DNA of 64,000 bases from Longimicrobiales bacterium. GTDB lineage: Bacteria; Gemmatimonadota; Gemmatimonadetes; Longimicrobiales; Gaopeijiaceae. Below, in pieces: positions 1 to 9,078 of the stretch. The stretch covers positions 1,600,001-1,664,000 of the forward strand of contig OZ242008.1 in assembly GCA_965204735.1 (NCBI GenBank). The letters run 5' to 3'. Every line of letters starts with the position of its first letter. Within the stretch, counting starts at the first letter, position 1. The position numbers and the translations under genes are program-made. A model generated the notes under the pieces. That model saw only the letters and a program-made list of their open reading frames with translations, did no database searches and was not told the origin of the DNA.

Positions 1-1562
1 ACGGCGCCGTGCAGCTCACGCGCAACGACGGCGCCGACTGGACCAGCGTGGGCGATCGGGTTCCCGGCGTGCCCCTGGCGACCTGGGCGCCCCACGTGGA
101 GCCGTCCAAGCACGACCCGGCCGCCGCCTACGTGGTCTACGACGACCATCGACGCGGCAACTGGACGCCCTACGCCTACCGCACGGAGGACTACGGACAG
201 AGCTGGGAGGCGCTGGGCGTGGGAGACGGCGGCGTGGGCCGGGCCGGCGGCATCGGCGTTCACGAAGAGGCCGGCGGCGGCGTGTGGGGCTTCGTCCACG
301 TGATCGAGGAGGACCCGGTGGAGCCCAACCTGCTCTTCCTCGGCACCGAGTTCGGCCTGTACGTGAGCTTGGACCGGGGCGCGTCGTGGATGGAGTGGCG
401 GAACGGGCTTCCCCCGGCGCCGGTCCGAGGGCTGGTGGTTCACCCCCGCGACCACGACCTGGTGGTGGCGACCCACGGCCGCGCAGCCTACGTGATCGAC
501 GACGTGCGTCCCCTCCGGGCGCTGGCCGCCGACCCCTCGGCCGCCGGCGACACGCTGCGGGTCTTCCCGCCCGCTCCCGCCGTCCAGTACGTGGAGGCCG
601 AGGCCCAGGGCTACCGCTCGACGGGCCACGCCATGTTCATGGGCGACAGAAGACCCTACGGCGCGCTCCTCCACTACTGGATGGGCGACGGATCGCCCGC
701 CCCAGCCCTGGCCGACTCGACCGCGACCGCCCGAGCCGACGCCCCGGACCGCTCCGACCCCTCGGCAGGCGACGGCGCCCCGGCAGGCAACGGCGCCCAG
801 GCAGGCAACGGCACCCAGGCAGGCAACGGCACCCCGGACGACTCCAGCCCCTCGGCAAGCGCCCAAGTCACGATCCTGGACGACGCCGGCGAGGTGGTCC
901 GCACCCTCTCCGGCACCGCCGACCGAGGCCTCAACCGGGTCGTTTGGGACTTGCGCATGGCCCTTCCGAGCGACGACGGCGAAGGCGGCCCCGCGGGTCC
1001 GTGGGTCCTGCCCGGTCGCTACGCCGTTCGCGTCGAGGCGGCAGGCCATCTCGCCGAAGGCAGCGTCCAGGTCGTCGGCGACCCCCGCCTGGAGATCTCC
1101 GTCGCCGACCGCCGAGCGCGCATCGCCGTCCAGCTGGAGGCCGCCCGATGGACGTCGGACGCCGCCCGGGCAAGCGACCGGCTCGACGACGTGATCGAAG
1201 CCGTGGACCAAGTGCTGGCCTCGCTGCCTGCCGAGGATGAGTCCTCGTCCGCGCTGCGCCAGCAGGGCAGGGAGCTCCTCGACGAGCTGACGGTGCTCGA
1301 CGAGCGTCTCTTCACCGGTCCCGACTGCCAGGGCGGCTGCGGCCGAAACACGGTGGCCGGCCGCGTGCGCGCCCCCCTGCGCAAGCTGAACAGCGCCCTG
1401 GGCGCCCCGACCCCCACCGACCGCTTGGCCATGGCCCACGCCGAAGCCGCCCTGGAGGAGCTCCTGGACGCGGTCGCCGTCGCAATGGCCGGCCCCGTGG
1501 AGGCGTTCCGGCAGGCCCTCGTGGCCGCAGGCTACACGCCGTTGCCGCCGGCGGGGAGCTGA
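1..1562 (+). CDS. VPS10/BNR-repeat (sialidase-like beta-propeller) glycosyl hydrolase-like protein, C-terminal part; 5' end lies outside the window
   Basis: Asp-box repeats (TRNDGADW, TEDYGQSW, SLDRGASW), LFLGTEFGLYVS, DLVVATHGR, FlgD-Ig-like GLNRVVWDLR...PGRYAVRV and a helical C-terminus. Frame is open to the window edge. Confidence 0.8.
   Translation, partial: GAVQLTRNDGADWTSVGDRVPGVPLATWAPHVEPSKHDPAAAYVVYDDHRRGNWTPYAYRTEDYGQSWEALGVGDGGVGRAGGIGVHEEAGGGVWGFVHVIEEDPVEPNLLFLGTEFGLYVSLDRGASWMEWRNGLPPAPVRGLVVHPRDHDLVVATHGRAAYVIDDVRPLRALAADPSAAGDTLRVFPPAPAVQYVEAEAQGYRSTGHAMFMGDRRPYGALLHYWMGDGSPAPALADSTATARADAPDRSDPSAGDGAPAGNGAQAGNGTQAGNGTPDDSSPSASAQVTILDDAGEVVRTLSGTADRGLNRVVWDLRMALPSDDGEGGPAGPWVLPGRYAVRVEAAGHLAEGSVQVVGDPRLEISVADRRARIAVQLEAARWTSDAARASDRLDDVIEAVDQVLASLPAEDESSSALRQQGRELLDELTVLDERLFTGPDCQGGCGRNTVAGRVRAPLRKLNSALGAPTPTDRLAMAHAEAALEELLDAVAVAMAGPVEAFRQALVAAGYTPLPPAGS
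765..836 (+). repeat. 4 x 18-bp in-frame tandem repeat (AG[DN]G[AT][PQ])
   Basis: gcaggcRacggcRcccMg units at 765, 783, 801 and 819. Confidence 0.9.
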
Positions 1563-1606
1563 GCGAATCCTTCGCACCACGCTTCGGCTTGCCCGGAAGT
1601 AGCGGG

Positions 1607-3550
1607 ATGAAAGCAGACATCCAGCTCAATTCGAATCAGCGCAGGGCCGTGGAGTGGGACGAGGGCCCCATGCTGGTCCTGGCGGGACCTGGGTCGGGGA
1701 AGACCCTTGTACTGACCAGACGCATCGCTCGGTTGATACAAGAGAGTCCTCAGCGGCGCTTCGGAGTGCTCGGATTGACGTTCACGGCACAGGCGGCCGA
1801 CGAGATGCGTGTTCGCGTGGCCCAGATGCTCGGTCGCGAGGACCGCAGAGCCCGCCTGTCCACCTTCCATTCCTTCGCCGCGAGAGTACTGCGCCAGCAC
1901 GGCAGCCACTTGGGCCTGCGTCCGAACTTTCGGCTGCTGGCCGATCCAGACCGTGTTGGAGCACTCTCCAAGGTCGCACGGACCCATGGCATCCGGGAGA
2001 TGCCCGGCAGCGACTACGGTCTGCGTCGCATCCTCGAGACAATCGACCATCTTTACCGAGAGGCTTGCGACTGGGAAGAGGCCGTCGACCGGTTTCCGTT
2101 GCGGGGGTCCGCCAAGGATTGGGCCGCCCCGATCTACTCTGCGTACGTAGACTCTCTGGTGCGCAACAACCACCTCGACGTCGGCGCCCTTCTCGTCTGC
2201 TGCATCCGGCTCTTCCGGAAACGCCCGCAGATCGCCGAGTTCTATCGCAAGGTGTATCCGTTTGCATGCGTGGACGAATACCAAGATACGAATCGGGCGC
2301 AGGACCTGCTCCTTAGGCTCGTTTATGGAGATCAACGATCCAACTTGTTTGTCGTTGCAGACGACGACCAAACGATATTCCAGTGGAACGGCGCCGAGTC
2401 GGGGCGCGTTTGGGATCTGGCGCAGCGCTACCGAATGAAGGTGATTCAGCTGCCGGAAAGCTACCGATGTCCACCCCAAGTAGTCGATGTGGCAAACAGC
2501 CTGATTCGTGGCTACTCGCAACCGCGTGCGCAGCAAATGATCGTCAAGGAGCCCATGGCGGCGTCGCGTGCGCGCAGCCAGCCCGGCACCGTGGTGGCAA
2601 GACGGTTCAGCGATCACGAAGACGAGACGGCTTGGATAGCCCAGGACATTTCGAATCGGTCTTCGAATCCAGGAAGCTGCGTGGTGCTGGCACGGTACGC
2701 GACGCTGGCGAGGACCGCTGCCGAAGCGCTGACCAATGCCGGGGTGGATTCGTACCTGGGCAGCCGAAAGGACGAATTCGTGTCTGCGCGAGTCGGGTTC
2801 GGTCACGCCGCGCTGAAGTTGGCGAACGCGCCCAACGACGGCGGGCAGCTGTCGCGACTGTGCAACGCGTTCGCGGTCCTGACCGGGGAACGGGTTCGCT
2901 CGGGCGAGGCGGAAGCCGCAAGCAGCCTCCAGGGCGGTTCGCTGCTGGGCGGATTCGTCGAGGCGGCCGCCACCGGCGCCGGCGCGTCGGGAAGGTCGAT
3001 CCTGCGGCTTCTGCGGGGGAGTCTTGTCGACGCCTTGGACTACCGGGCCTTCGTAGACGCAGTGTTCCAATGGAAGCCCCACGAAGCAGACTCCGTCGCG
3101 GGAGTCCTGGACACGGCTGAAGAAGAAGAGGAGCGGCGCGTGTGGAGGGCGATCGAGCGGAAGGCCCAGGCGAGACTCGGCACGACGCCGACGCTCGGTC
3201 AACTGATCTACGAATTCGACGTGCGCTCCAAGACGCCCCCGCCAACCGACGAGCAGGTTCAGTGCCTGACGGTCCACGGCGCGAAGGGCAAGGAGTTCAA
3301 GCACGTCTACGTCGTGGGCCTTGCGGAAGGCGTGCTGCCTTCGTACCAGGCGACGAGACTCGACGGCGACTCGGTCGCGGGCCGACGCGCCATGGACGAA
3401 GAACGCAGAATCTGCTTCGTGGCGGTCACCAGAGCCAGAGCGAGTGCCACCTTGACCTACGCCGACACCTACTTCGGTCGGCGGAAGAAGCCCTCGCGGT
3501 TCCTGACGGAGATGGGGGCTGGTCGGCAACTCTGGCGCAGCTTATTGTGA
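1607..3550 (+). CDS. UvrD/PcrA/Rep-family (SF1A) ATP-dependent helicase, accessory type
   Basis: Walker A AGPGSGKT, TFT, TFHSF, DEYQD, ADDDQTIFQWNGA, SYRC, TVHGAKGKEF, EERRICFVAVTRAR. ATG at 1607. GC visibly lower than in flanking genes. Confidence 0.92.
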   Translation: MKADIQLNSNQRRAVEWDEGPMLVLAGPGSGKTLVLTRRIARLIQESPQRRFGVLGLTFTAQAADEMRVRVAQMLGREDRRARLSTFHSFAARVLRQHGSHLGLRPNFRLLADPDRVGALSKVARTHGIREMPGSDYGLRRILETIDHLYREACDWEEAVDRFPLRGSAKDWAAPIYSAYVDSLVRNNHLDVGALLVCCIRLFRKRPQIAEFYRKVYPFACVDEYQDTNRAQDLLLRLVYGDQRSNLFVVADDDQTIFQWNGAESGRVWDLAQRYRMKVIQLPESYRCPPQVVDVANSLIRGYSQPRAQQMIVKEPMAASRARSQPGTVVARRFSDHEDETAWIAQDISNRSSNPGSCVVLARYATLARTAAEALTNAGVDSYLGSRKDEFVSARVGFGHAALKLANAPNDGGQLSRLCNAFAVLTGERVRSGEAEAASSLQGGSLLGGFVEAAATGAGASGRSILRLLRGSLVDALDYRAFVDAVFQWKPHEADSVAGVLDTAEEEEERRVWRAIERKAQARLGTTPTLGQLIYEFDVRSKTPPPTDEQVQCLTVHGAKGKEFKHVYVVGLAEGVLPSYQATRLDGDSVAGRRAMDEERRICFVAVTRARASATLTYADTYFGRRKKPSRFLTEMGAGRQLWRSLL

Positions 3551-3622
3551 TATAGGCGCGAATCGGAAATAATCGGACCTGTTATTCAAGTCAGCGACAA
3601 TAGCAGAGGGAGACCGGATCCA

Positions 3623-4795
3623 GTGGAGCGAGGCGCGACCGGCCAGTACGAGACCACGGTGGCCGCGGGCGAGCGCGTCCGCGCCTTCGTGCCAGCGCCG
3701 CTGCCTCCCCGGCCCCGCCTGGACCTGCGGGGGCCGCTCGAACGGCGGCTGGAGTCCGCAAGCCTCGCGCTCGGTCGGCTGGACAGCGTCTCGGCCGTCC
3801 TCGCCCACGCCGACAACTTGGTCTACTCGTACGTCCGCAAGGAAGCCGTGCTCTCTTCGCAGATCGAGGGGATCCGGTCTTCGCTTTCCGATCTCCTGTT
3901 CTTCGAGAGGGGAGGCGCGGTCCGATTCTCCCGCGACGACGTGGAAGAGGTCGCCACCTGCGTCGCGGCCACCGACCACGGCCTTCGCCGGCTTGCGGGC
4001 GGCCTTCCTCTGTCCAACCGCTTGATCCGGGAAGTGCACGGCGTCCTCTTCTCGCATGAGCGAGGTGCCGGAGCGACCCCCGGCGAGTTTCGGCGCTCCC
4101 AGAACTGGCTCGGCGGCTACAGGCCCGGCGCCGCCGTCTTCGTGCCGCCGCCCCACACCAAGGTGCGGGAGTGCATGGCGGACCTGGAGCGCTTCCTTCA
4201 CGACGATGCGGACGGGCTGCCCAAGCTGGTCAAGGCCGGGCTCGCCCACGTCCAGTTCGAGACCATTCACCCATTTCTGGACGGCAACGGTCGCGTCGGA
4301 CGCCTCCTCGTCACGCTCTTCCTCATCAATGCCGGCGTGCTGCAGCAGCCGCTCTTGTTCCCGAGCCTCTTCCTGAAGCGCCACCGGCAGGAGTACTACA
4401 GGTTGCTCGACCAAGTGCGGCGGACGGGCGACTGGGAGGCGTGGCTGGCGTTCTTCCTCGAAGGAGTGGAATCCACCGCGGAAGGTGCGGTCGCGACCGC
4501 CCAGGAACTCGTTCGGGTTTTTCGGCACGACCAGGAACGAATCGACGCCGAGGCTGGACGCAAGGCGTCGTCGGCGCGGCGGGTGCACGGAGCGCTCCAG
4601 GCGCGGGTCGTCGTTTCTCTCGGCGAAGCGGCGCGCCGCACCGGTCTGACGTTCCAAACGGTCTCGCGGGCAATGGACCTGCTGGTCGACTATGGCATCG
4701 CGCGGGAAGTCACCGGGGGTTCGCGCAACCGTCTGTACGCCTACCAAGAGTACTTGGCAGTCCTCGACAGGGGAGTTGAAGGGCCGCCGGGCTGA
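3623..4795 (+). CDS. Fic family protein (Fic_N + Fic + C-terminal wHTH)
   Basis: Canonical Fic motif HPFLDGNGRVGR, inhibitory motif SSQIEG, C-terminal HTH-like segment ending EVTGGSRNRLY. Confidence 0.93.
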   Translation: MERGATGQYETTVAAGERVRAFVPAPLPPRPRLDLRGPLERRLESASLALGRLDSVSAVLAHADNLVYSYVRKEAVLSSQIEGIRSSLSDLLFFERGGAVRFSRDDVEEVATCVAATDHGLRRLAGGLPLSNRLIREVHGVLFSHERGAGATPGEFRRSQNWLGGYRPGAAVFVPPPHTKVRECMADLERFLHDDADGLPKLVKAGLAHVQFETIHPFLDGNGRVGRLLVTLFLINAGVLQQPLLFPSLFLKRHRQEYYRLLDQVRRTGDWEAWLAFFLEGVESTAEGAVATAQELVRVFRHDQERIDAEAGRKASSARRVHGALQARVVVSLGEAARRTGLTFQTVSRAMDLLVDYGIAREVTGGSRNRLYAYQEYLAVLDRGVEGPPG

Positions 4796-4849
4796 ACGCT
4801 TGCCGGACGGGACGACCGACGGAGGACGAGCGAGCCGCCGCTTGTCGAA

Positions 4850-6340
4850 CTACAGCTGCTTGTGGACCACCGCCAGCCCCTCGATCACAGCCTGGTCGAA
4901 CCACTCCACGAAGCGGTCGGCCACTGCTTCCTCTTCTTCCTTGTAGTTGACCTGAAACGACTCCTCCGTAAGCGGAACGATGTTGCTTGCGGGGTAGACG
5001 TAGTCCCCCTCCAGGTCCTTCTCGTAGATGCAGACCGAGCCAACCAGCACGCCCCTGTACTCCTGACCGAGCCCGTGAAGCGAAAAGAGAACCTCGAACC
5101 GTGCTTCGGTCTCCATGACCAATCGCGCCCAAGCGTGGTAGGAGCTCATGCCGGCGAAGTACCCCAGCCCCTTGGCCGCTTCGACGACCTGGTAGCGGAA
5201 CCAGTGCGACTTCTCGTCGCCTGCCCTGTTGCGGTCGGCAAAGAACTTGAACGGTCGGCCCGGCGGCGCCGACGGACCCAGCGCCGACTCCAGCTGCTTC
5301 GCGAGTTCGTTCAGCTTGTTCGCCGCAATGTCCTGAAGCGGCTCGGCCAACTCCTTGGCCCGGTCCCACTCGCTCGCCAGTTCCGTCCGCCGTCTCTCGA
5401 AGGTGTCGCGCATGGCGGCGATCAAGGCGTCCTTGCTGGACGCGTCCTGCCTTGCCTGGGCGGCGGCGCCCAACGCGTCCACGAACGCCTTCTTCTCGAC
5501 CTGGGCGAACAGGCGGACGAGCGGTCGCAAGTCGCCCCCGTCCGCAGCCTTCAAGGCGTCGATGTAGACGTCTCGCTGGTCGTCCGTGATCACCAGAGGG
5601 AACCATTCGGCCTTCAGCAGCACAAGCGTCGCCAGCGCCCGAGCCACCCGGCCGTTGCCGTCCTGGAACGGATGGATCTGGGCGAACCGGTGGTGCAGCC
5701 AGGCGGCCTGGACTTCGGGAGCCACGTCGTCCGCCTCGTGGCGGCGGTGCATCTCGATCAACCGGTCCATCTCCGAGGCCACCTGCTCGGGCGGACAGTA
5801 CTCGTGCACCCTTCCGTCGGTCTCTCGCGGGCTGTTGGGCCGCTCCTTGTAGGCGCCCCTTCGGAGCGGAACCTTGACTTGGCGACCCATGGAGTCGATG
5901 GCGTCCACAGTGCCCTGGTGCTCCGTAAGCACGGCGTGCAGCTCCTTGACGTACGACGTTCCCAGCTCCCGACTCGACGCCACGAAGTCGAAGAGTCCGG
6001 TCACCGCGTCGTGCTGGTCGCGGATCACTTGAATGACGTGTTCCGGATCTCCATTGGTCGACCTGTGCGAGATCAAGCTGGCGTACAATCCCCTTTCCAC
6101 CAGCAGCTCCGTAATCCCGCGGTCCAGCGTGTACAAGCGCTCGATGAGTCCCGTCTCGACGGCCCATCGCCGCAGCAGCCGCTTGTTGAACTCCTTGACG
6201 GCGTCGGAGGCCTCGAGCTCGGCCTTCTGCTCCAGCCACACGGGGCGCAAGGCTTGCAGATCGTTTCGCGCCAGTTCCTCGTGGCCGGCGGGAAGATCGG
6301 CGATGGGGCTCCATCGGTGCGCGAGTTCGGAGTGCGGCAT
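4850..6340 (-). CDS. Fic family protein with a long uncharacterised C-terminal region
   Basis: HPFQDGNGRVAR motif. ATG at 6340 with GGAGAAG upstream; the longer 5' extension in the ORF track runs through non-coding repeats. Confidence 0.9.
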   Translation of the reverse strand: MPHSELAHRWSPIADLPAGHEELARNDLQALRPVWLEQKAELEASDAVKEFNKRLLRRWAVETGLIERLYTLDRGITELLVERGLYASLISHRSTNGDPEHVIQVIRDQHDAVTGLFDFVASSRELGTSYVKELHAVLTEHQGTVDAIDSMGRQVKVPLRRGAYKERPNSPRETDGRVHEYCPPEQVASEMDRLIEMHRRHEADDVAPEVQAAWLHHRFAQIHPFQDGNGRVARALATLVLLKAEWFPLVITDDQRDVYIDALKAADGGDLRPLVRLFAQVEKKAFVDALGAAAQARQDASSKDALIAAMRDTFERRRTELASEWDRAKELAEPLQDIAANKLNELAKQLESALGPSAPPGRPFKFFADRNRAGDEKSHWFRYQVVEAAKGLGYFAGMSSYHAWARLVMETEARFEVLFSLHGLGQEYRGVLVGSVCIYEKDLEGDYVYPASNIVPLTEESFQVNYKEEEEAVADRFVEWFDQAVIEGLAVVHKQL

Positions 6341-6454
6341 CGGTTGTCTTCTCCATGAGGACAGGTCGCTCGCCAGGCAACGACCCCTCAATATATCGCA
6401 CGGCGCCCGCCCCCGTTGAGCCCGATGCGACGCTACAATGGGAGCAAGCGCGAA

Positions 6455-6597
6455 CCTGCCAAAACGGCAGACCTCGGAGCCCCGCCACGACGAAGCCTGC
6501 CAAAATGGCAGGGACCTCGGAGCCCGCCACGACGAAAACCTGCCAAAATGGCAGACATGGGAAGCGACACCCGATGAAGAACCTGCCAAAACGGCAG
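6455..6597. repeat. 4 x palindromic CCTGCCAAAAYGGCAG with 41-43-bp period
   Basis: Copies at 6455, 6496, 6539 and 6582, between the divergent Fic and MFS genes. Confidence 0.9.
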
Positions 6598-7821
6598 GAA
6601 CGAAGCCGGTCGGAGCGCTGGACCGTTCTCGCGCTCCTCGCTCTGGCGGAGCTCCTCGGCATGTCGCTCTGGTTCACCGCGTCGGCGGTGTCGGCGGAGC
6701 TGGGCGCGCACTGGGAGCTCTCGCAGACCCAGGTCGGGTGGCTCGCGACTGCCGTGAACCTCGGGTTCGTGGCCGGAACCGCCGTGGCTGCCGTGCTCAA
6801 CTTGGCCGACGTCGTCCGCTCCCGGGTCTACTTCGCCTGGTCCGCCGTGCTCGCCGCCGGCGCCAACGCCGCGCTGCTGCTCGCGCCTGGGTTCGGCGAG
6901 GCGGCGGCGTGCCGGTTCGCGACTGGCTTCCTCCTGGCCGGCGTCTACCCGCCGGCGATCAAGATGGCCGCCACTTGGTTCCGTTCGGCCCGGGGTCTGG
7001 CGGTCGGAACGCTGGTGGGCGCCCTGACCGTGGGGAAGGCCGCCCCGTACCTGCTCGACGCGCTGCCCGCCGCCGGCCCCGAGACGGTGGTGCTGGGAGC
7101 ATCCGTCGCCGCACTCGTCGCCGCCGGGCTCGTCGGGCTCCTCTACCGCGACGGGCCGTACCGGTTCTCCCGCAGCCCCTTCTCGTGGGGCCTGGTGGGC
7201 AAGGTCGCGCGCCATCGGGAGACTCGCCTGGCCACCGCGGGCTACCTGGGCCACATGTGGGAGCTCTACGCCATGTGGGCTTGGGTCCCGGCGTTCCTGG
7301 CGGCTTCGGCGGAAGCCTCGGCGTCGTCGGCCGGCGGCCCGTCGGCCGTCCACGGAAGCGTCGCGGCCAAGCTGGCCGGGTTCGCCGCCGTCGCCGCCGG
7401 CGGGTTGGGATGCGTCTGGGGCGGATGGGCTGCCGACCGCACCAGCCGGGCACGGGTGGTCGTGGCGTCGATGGCGGTCAGCGGCCTCTGTTCGCTGGGG
7501 ATCGGCCTGCTCTTCGGGCGGGCGTTCCCGCTGGTGGCCGCGGTCGCGGTGGCGTGGGGCTTCTTCGTCGTGGCCGACTCGGCGCAGTTCAGCACGATGG
7601 TGACCGAAACGGCGCCACACGACGCGGTGGGCACGGCGGTCACGCTCCAGACCTGCCTGGGGTTCCTCCTGGCCACCGTCACTATCCAGATCGTGCCGGT
7701 CGTCGCCGAGATCGTAGGATGGAGGTGGGCGTTTCCGGTGCTCGCGCTAGGCCCGGCCGCCGGAATCGCCGCGATCAGGCGGCTTGCCGGCGCTCCCGTC
7801 GCACCGCCGACCGGGACATGA
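6574..7821 (+). CDS. MFS transporter
   Basis: About 12 hydrophobic segments, motif-A-like GGWAADRTSRARV, GYLGHMWELYAMWAW, VADSAQFS. Start chosen at ATG 6574. Confidence 0.9.
   Translation: MKNLPKRQERSRSERWTVLALLALAELLGMSLWFTASAVSAELGAHWELSQTQVGWLATAVNLGFVAGTAVAAVLNLADVVRSRVYFAWSAVLAAGANAALLLAPGFGEAAACRFATGFLLAGVYPPAIKMAATWFRSARGLAVGTLVGALTVGKAAPYLLDALPAAGPETVVLGASVAALVAAGLVGLLYRDGPYRFSRSPFSWGLVGKVARHRETRLATAGYLGHMWELYAMWAWVPAFLAASAEASASSAGGPSAVHGSVAAKLAGFAAVAAGGLGCVWGGWAADRTSRARVVVASMAVSGLCSLGIGLLFGRAFPLVAAVAVAWGFFVVADSAQFSTMVTETAPHDAVGTAVTLQTCLGFLLATVTIQIVPVVAEIVGWRWAFPVLALGPAAGIAAIRRLAGAPVAPPTGT
7759..7805 (+). repeat. 47-bp perfect direct repeat, left copy
   Basis: gccggaatcgccgcgatcaggcggcttgccggcgctcccgtcgcacc is identical to 9563-9609. 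Confidence 0.95.
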
Positions 7822-7835
7822 AGCCGGGCAGCAGG
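7759..7835 (-). pseudogene. Internally deleted relic of the 9579-10670 membrane-protein gene (3' end joined to a 5' fragment)
   Basis: 7759-7805 equals 9563-9609. 7802-7835 matches 10614-10647 at 31/34 nt. The two pieces join at a shared CACC. Confidence 0.75.
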
Positions 7836-8000
7836 AACCGGTGCCGCCAGCCTTCCAGAGCACTCCCGGCGGGGCCGGTTGCGTCTTCCCCTACGGGACG
7901 ACGTGGACACCTGCGGCGTGCGGCCACTTGTGGCCGGCGGAGGTGCGGCTATGTTTCTCCCCGCCCCCATTGTCCAACCTCCCAAACCCACGGAGGGAAG

Positions 8001-8522
8001 ATGACGTACATCATAGGCCAGGGGTCCTGCGAGGACCCGAGGTCGCTCGACCTGCAGACCCAGAGAAAGTGGAGGATTCCAAACGAGCTCCGGCCGGAAC
8101 TGCCGCTCGCCGCAAGAATGGAGGCCATCAAAATCGTCACCGAGAAGTATCCTTCGGCTCGTGCGCTCTCCAGTAGCGGCCAATACAACTGCGCAGGCTT
8201 GGTCTTCGGTTCCAGGCGTGTCGCAATTGATGTCGAGCACGCCGAAAAGATACTGCGCGACGACGGGTATGCTGAGCTGGACTGGTTTGACCGGGGCACA
8301 TGGGACACAGGCGATGTGGTCGTGTACCGAGACGCGAAGCGCGAGCTGTCCCATGTCGCTGTGGTTCATTCTGTAACGCCGGACCCTGTTGCAAGGAGCC
8401 ACACGGTTACTGTAGTAAGCGCTTGGGGACAGAGCGGCGAGTACTGCCACGAAATGGGAAACGTCTCACCACTGCTGGGAACACCCCGGCAGGTCTGGTC
8501 GAAGAGGTTGATCCGTGATTGA
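8001..8522 (+). CDS. Hypothetical protein with papain-like/NlpC-P60-type Cys-His signature (DUF7689-like)
   Basis: GGAGG RBS before ATG 8001. Motifs YNCAGLVF, GDVVVY, SHVAVV, VSAWG. Lower GC. Confidence 0.7.
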   Translation: MTYIIGQGSCEDPRSLDLQTQRKWRIPNELRPELPLAARMEAIKIVTEKYPSARALSSSGQYNCAGLVFGSRRVAIDVEHAEKILRDDGYAELDWFDRGTWDTGDVVVYRDAKRELSHVAVVHSVTPDPVARSHTVTVVSAWGQSGEYCHEMGNVSPLLGTPRQVWSKRLIRD

Positions 8523-9078
8523 CTCCACGTTGCTGGCCAACATCGAGAGCTCGGAAAAGGCAGTTGCCTGGGGCGTGGTTGGGTCTAGGCGCAAACTAGA
8601 TGCCGCTGTTCTGACCGACTCCGACGTAAGGGAGCTCTTGAACGCACTTCGTGATCAGCCAGCCGCCCGGCGACAGCTTGTCACTAGGATCGGGAGCTTG
8701 GCGACCATAGGCGGCAGCCCCGAGTACCTTCACCGATACGACCTCGCAATCTTTGCGTATCTGCGCGCACTTGACGTCTTGGATCCCGACCTCGCTGCCG
8801 TAGCAGCGCTTAGGGTGGCAACGTTGAGCAATGTCTGGTGGTCTCGACCCCTTGCGTTACGTATTCGCGTGCCGTCGCACACTCATTCGCCAGACGCGGC
8901 CAACATGAACGAAATCCATGGGGTGCCCCCTGTCGGATCCACCAAGTGCTCATCCGATGTCGTCAGTACACCAAGTGTTGTCTATCCGGATTCGCTTCCC
9001 ACCCATCAATTGATTGCAGGCGTTGTATACAATAGTGACGCGGAGAGCACTAGCAGCACAATTCAGGCAGATTGCTAA
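8515..9078 (+). CDS. Hypothetical protein (helical N-terminus, Ser/Thr-rich C-terminal tail)
   Basis: 187-aa ORF. GTG overlaps the upstream stop; its TAA abuts the next ATG. Confidence 0.7.
   Translation: MIDSTLLANIESSEKAVAWGVVGSRRKLDAAVLTDSDVRELLNALRDQPAARRQLVTRIGSLATIGGSPEYLHRYDLAIFAYLRALDVLDPDLAAVAALRVATLSNVWWSRPLALRIRVPSHTHSPDAANMNEIHGVPPVGSTKCSSDVVSTPSVVYPDSLPTHQLIAGVVYNSDAESTSSTIQADC

Noticed and set aside
1607..3550. Gabija system
   Set aside because: No OLD-family ATPase/TOPRIM (GajA) gene is adjacent.
6455..6597. Palindromic array read as a CRISPR
   Set aside because: The repeat is only 16 bp, two of three spacers are near-identical, and there are no cas genes or leader. Kept as an operator-like array.
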